64,000 nucleotides of DNA from a virus. A program made the position numbers and the translations under genes. Shown in pieces: positions 1 to 9,161 of the stretch (positions are counted from its first letter, which is position 1; the number at the start of each line of letters is the position of its first letter). The stretch is from the IMG/VR virus record IMGVR_UViG_3300034158_000007, positions 1 through 64,000 of that record. One strand, written 5' to 3'. The notes under the pieces were generated by a model that saw only the letters and a list, made by a program, of their open reading frames with translations, was not told where the DNA came from and ran no database searches.

Positions 1-120
1 TAACTTATTCCCTGATAAACTTAAGGAATACTTTTTGTGGTATGTTATGTAATGCACAAACTGTGTTACACCAACAGGCAAATATTGCCTGATACATGGT
101 TTATTGTGTTATCAGAAAAG

Positions 121-148
121 ATTTGAGATTTATATTACTAAGGTGAAT
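121..148 (+). promoter_or_regulatory. phiKZ-type early promoter upstream of chimallin
   Basis: TATATTAC at 131-138 matches the phiKZ early promoter core; context is ATTTGAGATT-TATATTAC-TAAG-GTGAAT. Confidence 0.75.
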
Positions 149-216
149 CTGATAATCAGATGCACTAGTAACAATTACTTGATCAAGTAATAAAACCACC
201 TTTAAAGGAAAGTACC

Positions 217-2103
217 ATGATTCGTGACCTCGACACCGCAGCTGCTCCATCCGCTCAACAAGCTCCAACTAGCGCAACTGAATTCGTTCAACAAGCACCA
301 ACACAGGCACCTCAGATGACTCAACAAAATCAATTCAACGGTGGTATCGGTAACGTTAACTCGTTCTTCGAGCGTTCCGGTAAAACCCAAGGCGGCGATG
401 CCCGCTCCAGCGAAGCTCTGCAAATCTTCACTCGCCTGAAGGATCAAGCAGTTTCGCAACAAGACCTGGTTAACGATTTCCAGATCCTGCGCTTCGACCG
501 CGATCAGAACCAAGTAGGTTGGTCCTCGCTGGTTATCGCTAAACTGTCCACCATCGGTGGTCAGCCTGTTATCGCTATCCGTCCACTGATCATGCCTAAC
601 CCAGGCATCGAACTGCCAGCCACCAAGCACACTCTGCAAGTTGGCCTGCATCAAGAAGTGATCGAGTCGGAAGTAGACGTCGCTACCGTATTCAGCAAGC
701 AGTACTTCGCTCGTCTGAAAGCGTTCGTCCAAGCATCGTTCGGCAAGCCGACTGCTGAAGTCGTACTGTCCGGTGCATACCCGATCCCAGCCGAGTTCGA
801 TCTGAAGACCGGCGAACTGCAACTGCGCGACCTGCTGATCAAATCGGTAAACGCCTGTGAAGACTTCCTCCGTCGTAAGTCGGGTGAGTCGCCATTCACC
901 GTTGGTATCCTGAAAGGTCAAGAAGAAAGCCTGGCCGCTAAGATCGATACCCGCGATCAACCAGTTCACGACGTTCTGGGTAACCCAATCCGTTCCGACG
1001 TTGTTGTAAGCATGCAGCGCGTTAAGCGTCACGGTCAGGTTCAAGAGAACGAGTTCTACGAAGCTGACGTTAAGCTGAACCAAGTCTCGATGTTCACCAA
1101 CCTCGAGTATCAGCAAACTCAAGTAGCTGCTCCGGTATTCGGCCAACAGGCTCAAGCACCAGTAGCTCCATGCGTTGCAGCAGTAGTTGTAACTGACGTT
1201 CGTCAGGCTGACTGGATCAAAGCCAACACTCCAGAAATGTACTGGTTGGCAATGACTAACGCCTACCGTTCGACTCACGGCCACGCTTGGGCTCGCCCAT
1301 TCGTTCCACAGACCGGTAAAGTGAAAGACCTGCGTGACATCGGTGCACTGGGCTACCTGAGCCAGCTGCAAAACAAGATCGATACCAAAGCTGCATCTTT
1401 CGATGACGCTCAGTTCGGTCAACTGATGCTGCAAATGGTACAGCAGACTCCTGTGTTCCAGATCGACCTCAACCGCATGGGTGAGAACGGCGCAGTAGAC
1501 GGCATGCTGTTGGATGCCGGTGGTGGTGCAAACCAAGTCAAAGCAGTGCAAGCAATCGCTCGCCAGATCAGCAACCTGATCGGTGGTGACTTCAAGCAGT
1601 TCTTCGACTACACCACTCAGCCTATCCTGATCAAGACTGGTCAGATCGTAGACCTGGGCTACTACTTCGACGAAGACGGTGAGAAACGTGACCGTCGTGA
1701 ACTCGACAACCTGGGCGCTCTGAACGCCGCTGAAGGTAACGTGCAAGAATGGTGGGGCTACTACGGTTCCCAGCAGAACACCGCACTGCACCCAGCTGTA
1801 CGTAACAAGCAGTCCCGTAACTACGACCGTCAGTACCTCGGCGCAACCGTAACTTACACCGGCAAAGCCGAACGTTGCACCTTCAACCCGAAGTTCATCG
1901 AAGCTCTGGACGCTGCCATCTGCGCAGCTGGCCTGCAAGTGACCATGGACAACACTTCGGTGCTGAACAACGGTCAGCGCTTCACCGGTAACGGTGCAAT
2001 CCAGCAGTTCATGGTTAACGGTCAGGCTAACGTTTCGACCTTTAACGGTGGCCAGCAGTCCTACGGTGCACAGCCAGGCGCTGGTGTTGGTTCGTTCTAC
2101 TAA
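217..2103 (+). CDS. chmA: Chimallin, major phage nuclear shell protein (phiKZ gp54 / 201phi2-1 gp105 homolog)
   Basis: 628 aa; GGDARSSEAL, FQILRFDRDQNQVGWSSLVIAK, ENEFYEADVKLNQV, RSTHGHAWARPF and RNYDRQYLG...TYTGKAERCTFN match 201phi2-1 chimallin as recalled; SD AAGGA; directly upstream of nvRNAP beta-prime N. Confidence 0.97.
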   Translation: MIRDLDTAAAPSAQQAPTSATEFVQQAPTQAPQMTQQNQFNGGIGNVNSFFERSGKTQGGDARSSEALQIFTRLKDQAVSQQDLVNDFQILRFDRDQNQVGWSSLVIAKLSTIGGQPVIAIRPLIMPNPGIELPATKHTLQVGLHQEVIESEVDVATVFSKQYFARLKAFVQASFGKPTAEVVLSGAYPIPAEFDLKTGELQLRDLLIKSVNACEDFLRRKSGESPFTVGILKGQEESLAAKIDTRDQPVHDVLGNPIRSDVVVSMQRVKRHGQVQENEFYEADVKLNQVSMFTNLEYQQTQVAAPVFGQQAQAPVAPCVAAVVVTDVRQADWIKANTPEMYWLAMTNAYRSTHGHAWARPFVPQTGKVKDLRDIGALGYLSQLQNKIDTKAASFDDAQFGQLMLQMVQQTPVFQIDLNRMGENGAVDGMLLDAGGGANQVKAVQAIARQISNLIGGDFKQFFDYTTQPILIKTGQIVDLGYYFDEDGEKRDRRELDNLGALNAAEGNVQEWWGYYGSQQNTALHPAVRNKQSRNYDRQYLGATVTYTGKAERCTFNPKFIEALDAAICAAGLQVTMDNTSVLNNGQRFTGNGAIQQFMVNGQANVSTFNGGQQSYGAQPGAGVGSFY

Positions 2104-2185
2104 GATACACCAGCTAGTCGGATGACGGCTCTAACCTGCCATGGTGGGATCATCCAACAAACCAGTTAAGTCTGGACTGAATAAC

Positions 2186-2224
2186 AGGCTGCTCCTTCGG
2201 GAGCAGCTTGCTTATTCCTTTTTT
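2186..2224 (+). terminator. Intrinsic terminator after chmA
   Basis: AGGCTGCTCC-TTCG-GGAGCAGCTT stem followed by TTATTCCTTTTTT. Confidence 0.85.
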
Positions 2225-2247
2225 GTAATTGGCACCGAGGTAAAGTA

Positions 2248-3717
2248 ATGGGTCTACATCTACAAGTAATTGATTTGGATGAAGTGCATGACAACTTCAA
2301 AGGCAATATCGTTTATGCCAATGACTTTAATACCAGCACCACTGAAGGTAAAGAAGCGTTCCATCGTCACTTCTATTCTCACTATCACGATGCTGATGCG
2401 GTAGAGAACTCTGCTGCCTGTGATTGTGATCACATTACTGATGCTCACCGCTTAGGGGTAATCTGCGAGAACTGCGGTAGTCCTGTTGTATCCACCAGTA
2501 ACCGACCCATTGTTCCGTCCATGTGGATTCGTGCACCTGAAGGCGTAGACAGTCTGATCTCACCACAACTGTGGATTATGTTATCCGACTATCTGACCAT
2601 GAAGGAGTTTGACTTCCTTGAGTATCTGACGAACACGAGCTATACGTACGACTATAGTGCGATCAGTTCTAAAGAGACTAAGCGTAAGCTGGATCGGATG
2701 TTGCAACGTGAGTTCCCACGAGGACTGAATAACTTCATCCGTAACTTCGATGAGATCTTCCAGTTCCTGCTCAGTGCGAACATCATTAACAACAACAAAA
2801 CTGAGATGAACGAATTCATCCAGCGTAACAAGCACTTGATGTTCCCTAAGCATATCCCGATTCCGTCGAAGCTATGTTTTGTGGTTGAATCGACTACATC
2901 CGGTAACTACATGGATGAGCCGATTGGACCAGCTATCGAGGCCGTGTTGACATTCTGTAGTATCGGGTCTAGTCCTATCCCGATTAAACCGCAGACCGTC
3001 CAGAACCGTGTTGCAGAGTCTCTGAAGAACTATTCCCTGTATCACAAGACGCTGGCTAAATCGCGTATTGCTCAGAAGCCTGGTCTGTGTCGACGACACG
3101 TATTGGGTGGGCGCTTGAACTTCACCGCTCGTGGTGTAATTACCTCGATCAGTGATCCGCATGATTACGATGAACTCCATATCCCGTGGGGCATTGCATG
3201 TCAACTGTTTAAGTATCACTTGATCAACAAGTTGAAGAAGAAGCATCGAATGCCTACTCGTAAGGCACAGAGCTTCATCTATGAACACGTACTGCAATAC
3301 AACCCAATACTCGATGAGATCTTTAAAGAGCTTATCGCTGAGGCTAAGTATAAAGGTCCTGCTTGCACATTCCACCGTAACCCGACCTTGCAACGTGGTA
3401 GTACGCAACAGTTCTTTATCACCCAGATCAAAACTGACCTGCGTGACAACTCTATCAGTATGTCCGTGTTGTGCTTGAAGTCTCCTAACGCTGACTTCGA
3501 TGGCGACCAATTGAACTTGACGCTGCTTCCAGACAACTATCTGGCTGACGCAACAGATCGGATTGCACCACACACGTGGGTGCTTAGTACGGATGACCCG
3601 CATCAGATCTCCGGTAACTTGGAACTACAAGGTCCTGTGGTAGAAACCGCAGTTAACTATGTCCACCAAGATTATCTCCCATCACTTGAGGAATGGTTGA
3701 ATGGCACTGACACTTGA
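2248..3717 (+). CDS. Non-virion RNA polymerase beta-prime N-terminal subunit (phiKZ gp55 homolog)
   Basis: Catalytic NADFDGD motif, N-terminal Zn finger CDC...CENC, RNPTLQRGS, GGRLNFTARGVITS. Confidence 0.95.
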   Translation: MGLHLQVIDLDEVHDNFKGNIVYANDFNTSTTEGKEAFHRHFYSHYHDADAVENSAACDCDHITDAHRLGVICENCGSPVVSTSNRPIVPSMWIRAPEGVDSLISPQLWIMLSDYLTMKEFDFLEYLTNTSYTYDYSAISSKETKRKLDRMLQREFPRGLNNFIRNFDEIFQFLLSANIINNNKTEMNEFIQRNKHLMFPKHIPIPSKLCFVVESTTSGNYMDEPIGPAIEAVLTFCSIGSSPIPIKPQTVQNRVAESLKNYSLYHKTLAKSRIAQKPGLCRRHVLGGRLNFTARGVITSISDPHDYDELHIPWGIACQLFKYHLINKLKKKHRMPTRKAQSFIYEHVLQYNPILDEIFKELIAEAKYKGPACTFHRNPTLQRGSTQQFFITQIKTDLRDNSISMSVLCLKSPNADFDGDQLNLTLLPDNYLADATDRIAPHTWVLSTDDPHQISGNLELQGPVVETAVNYVHQDYLPSLEEWLNGTDT

Positions 3718-4030
3718 GCTACATGACGGCAAGTGGATGATGTATCAAGAGGGTCAGCTTCGGCTGGCCTCTTTTATACTGTCTACTCCAGACTGGTCAC
3801 TGGAAGAAGTTGAAGTACCCTACAATGATCGCATCGACGATGACCCTGATAACCACTCATTGGTTATGCAATTGTTCATTACCGATAAAGAGTATAGCCT
3901 AAGTATCGGCTTTGATCGGTTGATTACGGGGGTATCTGTCCGTAGAGACGAGTGGGGGTTCCGCAGTATTGATCGACTGTACGTTCCAGCTAACCATGGA
4001 GCATACAGTTTCTTTAAACCAGTGGAGTAA
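3701..4030 (+). CDS. Hypothetical protein (beta-rich domain)
   Basis: 109-aa ORF overlapping the end of the RNAP gene, phage-like codon use. Confidence 0.7.
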   Translation: MALTLELHDGKWMMYQEGQLRLASFILSTPDWSLEEVEVPYNDRIDDDPDNHSLVMQLFITDKEYSLSIGFDRLITGVSVRRDEWGFRSIDRLYVPANHGAYSFFKPVE

Positions 4031-4102
4031 GTTATGGGTCCTCCAAGCTATCGTTGCTGTACACCCTTCTTTTATACGGGTATGTATATCCACCTGTGTA
4101 AA

Positions 4103-5350
4103 ATGTCAGCCAACGAGCGTGACGAAATAAACAACCCGGAGGATCATCCGGGTGTGAGTTGGCGATTGGCACCATATAAAAATGGTAAGCGTTGGGAACG
4201 TGTGGTTAAACCGAAGTATGGTTGCCTGCACGAAGAACAAGTCAATCAGGTTTGTACCTGTCCTAAGTTCAAGCCTCCCTATGTTTTGGATCTGGATAAA
4301 CTCTGGTTACCCGTTGACGTAGTGGAGTTGGTTGATACCGTCGTTGTATTTCCGGTGTTGCCTGAGACTGGACCTGTTGAAGACGCTTACAAGAAGGCGT
4401 TACGTAAGCAAAGTGAAAATACAAGACTGGAACTTCGACGCATGCACACCGTGTCGAATTTGATACCAGATAAACCCGTAGAGCCACCTAAGCCATCTTT
4501 GTGTGAACGAGTCCGTAAGTACTTTGCGGATCGTAAAGCCAACAAGCCGGTGGAGCCTGGTGATTTACCTACCAATGAGCAAGTGCTTAAGGAGTTGGAG
4601 GTTACCCAACATAAAGCTACTACAGCATTTGATTTCATTTGGGGGAATCGGGATCTCTATAACTACTGGCACCACAAATACCCGGCTGATCTGGTTGCTG
4701 AGAAACATCCAATCGTTCGATTGCTAGAGGATCGTTACCCATGGGTGTATCGTGGTGAAATCCCATACTGGCTCAAATTACGGGTGTGGTACGATTTCTT
4801 CGATATGGCTGACCTAACAAAGCCGCACCAGGTGTTTGATGCGGGTCAGTATGTCCGGCTCAGTCGAATGTTGAGTAATCACCTCCATGATATCATGGAA
4901 CGCGGACGTATTGAAAAACTGGTTCGTGAACGCGATGATGCATCATCGAAAACTTTTCAACAGCTAGTGGAGAGTAAAATGGCTGATGGCCTGCAACGTG
5001 CTAAATTTGAAAACCTCCGATTGATTAATGGTGAGTGGACTATCGCTCTCGGTGATACAGCTGTCCCAGTCATCCTAGGTGGCCGTCCAAGCCATGTAGA
5101 TCTGGTAATGGAACCGTTCTATAACTTCAACGCTGAAGGCTATGGGATGATCACTCTGGAGCGTGGTGCAAACCATCCACTCAAGATCACTTACGACAGT
5201 GATTACCGGATCACCAAAGTAGTTCGCACCGATACGCGTGAAACGCTGGAATCGTTTTCTGTGATCGAAGGGCATGTTCTACTGGACTTGCTTATAGTAC
5301 AGGTCTCCGCTATGAGGGCAATTAATGGCAAGTCGACTAAGACGCGGTAA
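4103..5350 (+). CDS. Hypothetical protein; C-terminal domain resembles the 3701 protein
   Basis: Long ORF (track start 4034, ATG 4103 also plausible); no recognised family motif. Confidence 0.8.
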   Translation: MSANERDEINNPEDHPGVSWRLAPYKNGKRWERVVKPKYGCLHEEQVNQVCTCPKFKPPYVLDLDKLWLPVDVVELVDTVVVFPVLPETGPVEDAYKKALRKQSENTRLELRRMHTVSNLIPDKPVEPPKPSLCERVRKYFADRKANKPVEPGDLPTNEQVLKELEVTQHKATTAFDFIWGNRDLYNYWHHKYPADLVAEKHPIVRLLEDRYPWVYRGEIPYWLKLRVWYDFFDMADLTKPHQVFDAGQYVRLSRMLSNHLHDIMERGRIEKLVRERDDASSKTFQQLVESKMADGLQRAKFENLRLINGEWTIALGDTAVPVILGGRPSHVDLVMEPFYNFNAEGYGMITLERGANHPLKITYDSDYRITKVVRTDTRETLESFSVIEGHVLLDLLIVQVSAMRAINGKSTKTR

Positions 5351-5504
5351 GGTAGTTGAGATCCCTGAACGTTGGTTACACAACATCACTACTCGGGGAA
5401 CGATCAAAGAACGTAAAGAACTCGCGGTTGAAGTACGCTTAGCTCGGAAGAAGCGATTGCGGGTTCAACGTGACTTTGATTACCAACAGCAATTATTGGA
5501 CTAG
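5325..5504 (+). CDS. Small basic protein, 59 aa (RRGKVVEIPERW motif), absent from the ORF track
   Basis: Manual translation MASRLRRGKVVEIPERWLHNITTRGTIKERKELAVEVRLARKKRLRVQRDFDYQQQLLD; SD-like GAGG upstream; fills the gap between genes. Confidence 0.7.
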   Translation: MASRLRRGKVVEIPERWLHNITTRGTIKERKELAVEVRLARKKRLRVQRDFDYQQQLLD

Positions 5505-5509
5505 ATCCG

Positions 5510-5537
5510 ATTTCAAGTTTATATCACTGAGGTGTAA
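5510..5537 (+). promoter_or_regulatory. Early-type promoter variant
   Basis: ATTTCAAGTTTATATCA (5510-5526) is identical to 12013-12029; TATATCAC core followed by TGAG-GTGT. Confidence 0.6.
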
Positions 5538-5538
5538 T

Positions 5539-5664
5539 ATGAAAGGTCGCATCAGTCTTGATGAATTGGAAGCGCGATTAAAACAGATGAGTAAACCGAC
5601 TCCTTTTCAGGTGATCGACCTTATCACTCAGATGTATAAAGAGTTAAGTGAAAAAGGGGAATGA
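5539..5664 (+). CDS. Small hypothetical protein, 41 aa
   Basis: GAGGTG SD before ATG 5539; abuts the next gene. Confidence 0.6.
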   Translation: MKGRISLDELEARLKQMSKPTPFQVIDLITQMYKELSEKGE

Positions 5665-5667
5665 CTT

Positions 5668-6279
5668 ATGATGCAACAAGCCTACGGCGTTGACCTGATG
5701 GACATCGCTGCTGGCGGTTTTCTTGATAACTCCACCACGAGCTGGATTCAAGACAGAACTCAAGCTCTTATGAGTACCGTCAGTGCAACAACAGCAGGAT
5801 GGTTTAACAAAGCCCGAACGTTCTACCAGACCATCACCGAAACTGATGCTGTGCAGGCATTGCGTAACCTAACCGCTAAGTCCGATCTTAGTTGGAAAGG
5901 TAACAACATTCACCTGTGTAATAGCCTCAGTCAGATTCAGTCTTCTAACCCGGTACAACAGCGCTATTTGATGGCTAACCCCGAGTTACGTACACTGTAT
6001 CTGAATCAGTCGTGTGAAGGTTTCGCCGGTTCGTACATTAACCTGCAAGGCAATGCAGTCGGTGTAGCTCAGTACGATTATCGTCGAGTAACTGACGGCA
6101 TGTTGCTGGTGCAACCAGATCACGTTGAATGGAATGATTTCTATGAGAACATCCCGGACAATGATAAAGAACTGGAGCTGTACGAGAAAGCTGACATGAT
6201 CCGTAACTGGAACTTGGTGAACGTAGCTTTGGATGCCAACGAGATGGACCCAAGTTCTCCGATCGGTAACTTGCTCTAA
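5668..6279 (+). CDS. Conserved Chimalliviridae protein (phiKZ gp59-like; gp59 was reported as nuclear import cofactor Imp3)
   Basis: MANPELRTLYLNQSCEGF...YDYRRVTDG motif and syntenic position; ortholog assignment from memory. Confidence 0.65.
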   Translation: MMQQAYGVDLMDIAAGGFLDNSTTSWIQDRTQALMSTVSATTAGWFNKARTFYQTITETDAVQALRNLTAKSDLSWKGNNIHLCNSLSQIQSSNPVQQRYLMANPELRTLYLNQSCEGFAGSYINLQGNAVGVAQYDYRRVTDGMLLVQPDHVEWNDFYENIPDNDKELELYEKADMIRNWNLVNVALDANEMDPSSPIGNLL

Positions 6280-6283
6280 ACAC

Positions 6284-6310
6284 ATGGGGGACTTCGGTCC
6301 TCCATTATGT
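6284..6310 (+). terminator. Stem-loop without a U-tract, ending in TATG
   Basis: ATGGGGGAC-TTCG-GTCCTCCAT-TATGT. Confidence 0.6.
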
Positions 6311-6320
6311 CGAGGTGTAT

Positions 6321-6620
6321 ATGTGGTATCTGTTTGAAAATGGTGCTGAAGGTTGGACAGTAAAGACCCCAGATGGAAAAGTGGTACCTGCTGATTATGC
6401 ATCTGTCCATAACAAGATCATCTTGTTCGGTGAACTGGCCAGTGGGTTGACACTATTCAAGCATGACGTGGAACTGGCTACAGAACTTGGAATCATGCAA
6501 GTCGCACTCCATGTGTTCTTTGATGGGAACCGATTGGTCCGTGCAGCTATTCATGACCGTGTACTGGGTACGCCACTGATCCATGACATTCAACACTTCA
6601 CACTAGAAGACGAGGTTTAA
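6321..6620 (+). CDS. Hypothetical protein
   Basis: GAGGTG SD then ATG 6321; about 99 aa. Confidence 0.7.
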   Translation: MWYLFENGAEGWTVKTPDGKVVPADYASVHNKIILFGELASGLTLFKHDVELATELGIMQVALHVFFDGNRLVRAAIHDRVLGTPLIHDIQHFTLEDEV

Positions 6621-6621
6621 T

Positions 6622-7005
6622 ATGACTGGTGGCGCACTGCAACGTTTTTACTTCAATCGCCACGGTGACGGGCGTTGGATGGTTTACGATCAACACGGTA
6701 GTGGTGACATGATCCTCGAACCGGGTGATATCGACACTCAGGTAATCGGAGACCGGTTACCAGACGCGTACTGTGAAACAGGTGAAAACGTTTACCACTT
6801 CCCATCGGTTATAGATACCGCAGGTTGGGGTAAACTCGAACTCACCTTGAAACTTTATGTGTTGGATGGCGTGTTGGCTCGAGCGAAGTTGATGACCACC
6901 CATGGTCGTGTAGATATTGATCATGGTCTGAAAATGTTTACAATGCTGCTCCCTGAATTAAACCTGAAGCCTTGGCCATATCCTAAAGACGATACCCCAG
7001 ACTAA
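6622..7005 (+). CDS. Hypothetical protein
   Basis: GAGG SD; 127 aa; coupled to the previous gene. Confidence 0.75.
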   Translation: MTGGALQRFYFNRHGDGRWMVYDQHGSGDMILEPGDIDTQVIGDRLPDAYCETGENVYHFPSVIDTAGWGKLELTLKLYVLDGVLARAKLMTTHGRVDIDHGLKMFTMLLPELNLKPWPYPKDDTPD

Positions 7006-7024
7006 CTCAGTCTTATCTTGTGTA

Positions 7025-7062
7025 GCGGAACCTTCGGGTTCCGCATCACCTGTTTTTTTTTT
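7025..7062 (+). terminator. Intrinsic terminator
   Basis: GCGGAACC-TTCG-GGTTCCGC then T10 at 7053-7062. Confidence 0.75.
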
Positions 7063-7079
7063 CGCACTGAGGATACTCT

Positions 7080-7547
7080 ATGAGCTATGGTGAATACACC
7101 AGCGTAAATGACATGCCTATGTTTGCAGACTACATCGCAGAACATGGCCCACTTGACCCACAAAAGCGTGTAACGTTTGCTAAGAATAGTAGTGGGCACT
7201 ATACACCACGAGGTGAAGAACATCCACCGGGTATTGATGGCGCAACAACCTTTTGGTTTGACCTAAGTATCTTTGATGGTGCTGAACCATTTGAAGGTAT
7301 CGAGATGGCGAGTGTAGCCCAATTCATGTTGGACTACGATGGACTACGTTATGTGTGTTACCTGACTCCAGCAGCGGATACCACTGTTATGTATTCGGCA
7401 AACTATCTGGTGCTTAACCCATACCAGATGTTTAACGTACAGTTGTTCATCGTACCGGGTGACCACCCATTGCTGATGTGCTGCCGTCCAAATGGTATTC
7501 CTGGTGAGGACTACCCTGCTCCACCAGTGGAGGACGCAGTTAATTAA
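7080..7547 (+). CDS. Hypothetical protein
   Basis: GAGGA SD; 155 aa; bounded by terminators on both sides. Confidence 0.75.
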   Translation: MSYGEYTSVNDMPMFADYIAEHGPLDPQKRVTFAKNSSGHYTPRGEEHPPGIDGATTFWFDLSIFDGAEPFEGIEMASVAQFMLDYDGLRYVCYLTPAADTTVMYSANYLVLNPYQMFNVQLFIVPGDHPLLMCCRPNGIPGEDYPAPPVEDAVN

Positions 7548-7557
7548 GCGTCATAAC

Positions 7558-7595
7558 GCGGGGCCATACGGCTCCGCTTCTATTTTTTTCTTTTT
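7558..7595 (+). terminator. Intrinsic terminator
   Basis: GCGGGGCC-ATAC-GGCTCCGC followed by a T-rich tract. Confidence 0.75.
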
Positions 7596-7604
7596 GGTGA
7601 TCCC

Positions 7605-8012
7605 ATGGCTAAATTTCTACCGACCCTCGGAGTAACTGGATGGTCGAACGATACTGCAAGAACAGCCGACTATCTATTAGCCTGCTTTCTTACCACACTT
7701 CAAGCTGACTCGGTATTACACCGGGGACAGAATACCTCGATGCAATATACATTGAAGGTAAAAGCCAACGACACCATTGGCATTGAAGAAGATTTGACCC
7801 AAGACCTCAAGGTTAAGTTTCAGTCTGTATTTGGTCCGTCTGCTGAAGTCTATGTAGACATGACGGTTGACGATCAAAACAAACCGGAACAATATTCCAT
7901 TAAGTTTACCGGTGTCGTTCATGACGATGAAGGTAAAGCCTTAACAGTAGGTCGGATCGTTTACTTTGATGATGGTAAAGTCGTTAAAATTGCACAACTC
8001 AACAATGGATAA
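7605..8012 (+). CDS. Conserved phiKZ-like protein (gp62-like)
   Basis: 135 aa, LPTLGVTGW...DYLLACF motif, syntenic position. Confidence 0.6.
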   Translation: MAKFLPTLGVTGWSNDTARTADYLLACFLTTLQADSVLHRGQNTSMQYTLKVKANDTIGIEEDLTQDLKVKFQSVFGPSAEVYVDMTVDDQNKPEQYSIKFTGVVHDDEGKALTVGRIVYFDDGKVVKIAQLNNG

Positions 8013-8550
8013 CACAATGGATACCACACCAAATTCCCCTTACGATGTACTTGCTCAAGACGTTTCTAAAATGAAGCAGGATGTTGCTTCTTTGGTGAAA
8101 CGTTCGAAGAGCATCGAACTTACAATCCTGCAAATCCTCAAGACCTTTAAGGTAGGTGAGGAAGCTTTTGAACTGCGTGTGGCCCGAGTACTCCACAACG
8201 TAATGAGTGGCATCACTCATGAGCTGGAACATTCGATCAGCGAGACTGCTAAGTCTATCGCACAACTGGAACGTGGTTTCGATATCTTCCCTGTTGATGG
8301 TCACACCGTCAAAGAGAATGATCGCACCATTCTGGTTACCCGCACCGAGACCGGTTATAACTTCGCACTGGCTTCTGATCCTGAGACCCTGCACAACGAA
8401 GGTACCGAACACTTCGCTGAATGGTTCCAGCAGAACCCTGAAGTAATGGGTGACCGTAAGGAGCTGTTGGTTAACATCATCGCCTACACGACCGCTAAGG
8501 CTGATCCAGATGCCCCAGTACTTGCACCGGGTGAAGTAGGAGAAGCATAA
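8005..8550 (+). CDS. Hypothetical coiled-coil protein (gp63-like position)
   Basis: ORF overlapping both neighbours; ATG 8005 is the likely start. Confidence 0.7.
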   Translation: MDNTMDTTPNSPYDVLAQDVSKMKQDVASLVKRSKSIELTILQILKTFKVGEEAFELRVARVLHNVMSGITHELEHSISETAKSIAQLERGFDIFPVDGHTVKENDRTILVTRTETGYNFALASDPETLHNEGTEHFAEWFQQNPEVMGDRKELLVNIIAYTTAKADPDAPVLAPGEVGEA

Positions 8551-9161
8551 TGGGCAAACCCAATTACCTCATCGGTATGCGGGTCACTGGTCAAGAGATC
8601 GACCGAATCTGTAGCGACATCCTTTCCAATGACGAGTATCAAACGCCTGTTATTGGAGAGGACGTTTTTATCAGTCAGGTTATTCCGCTCTTGCAAAGAC
8701 CATGGGACCCACGTAACCAAGCTGTCTACAAACGCTACGTTAAAGAACTGACCATGCCACTGCGTGTTGCTGGCGTTCGAGACGGTGAAACTGTAATCCT
8801 TTACACCGTTCCCCCATTACATGCTCGTGTGGATACGTCCATGGGTAGCATCCACGATATCACAGTTGGTCACTTTGTTAACCAAGCTGATCTGATTCGT
8901 GCACGTGGTTCATGTGAGCCGGTAGACCAGTATGTATCCGAGTTCTTGCAAATGATCTCGATGACTGTGCCTGTCGAACAATCTACCTTGGTTCCTATCG
9001 GCGGTATCCTCTCTCTGTATGACAAGACCTTCCTAGATGATGGAGGGTTCCCACTCTACAGTCTAGATGGTTCTGCCCCTATCACTAATAAAGCCGGTGA
9101 AGTAATCACGGTTGGTGGTAAGGACCCGTTTGAGAGCGATGGATATTTGGATGAAGAGTGA
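8550..9161 (+). CDS. Conserved phiKZ-like hypothetical protein (gp64-like position)
   Basis: TAATG stop/start overlap, GGAG SD, 203 aa. Confidence 0.7.
   Translation: MGKPNYLIGMRVTGQEIDRICSDILSNDEYQTPVIGEDVFISQVIPLLQRPWDPRNQAVYKRYVKELTMPLRVAGVRDGETVILYTVPPLHARVDTSMGSIHDITVGHFVNQADLIRARGSCEPVDQYVSEFLQMISMTVPVEQSTLVPIGGILSLYDKTFLDDGGFPLYSLDGSAPITNKAGEVITVGGKDPFESDGYLDEE

Noticed and set aside
202-1938. 578-aa minus-strand ORF opposite chimallin
   Set aside because: A mirror ORF in codon register with a highly biased gene that rarely uses TTA/CTA/TCA (the antisense stops); no SD or recognisable motifs
2104-2185. Possible tRNA in structured intergenic regions (also 11946-11977 and 35648-35866)
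   Set aside because: No cloverleaf, T-loop GTTC or CCA pattern could be built
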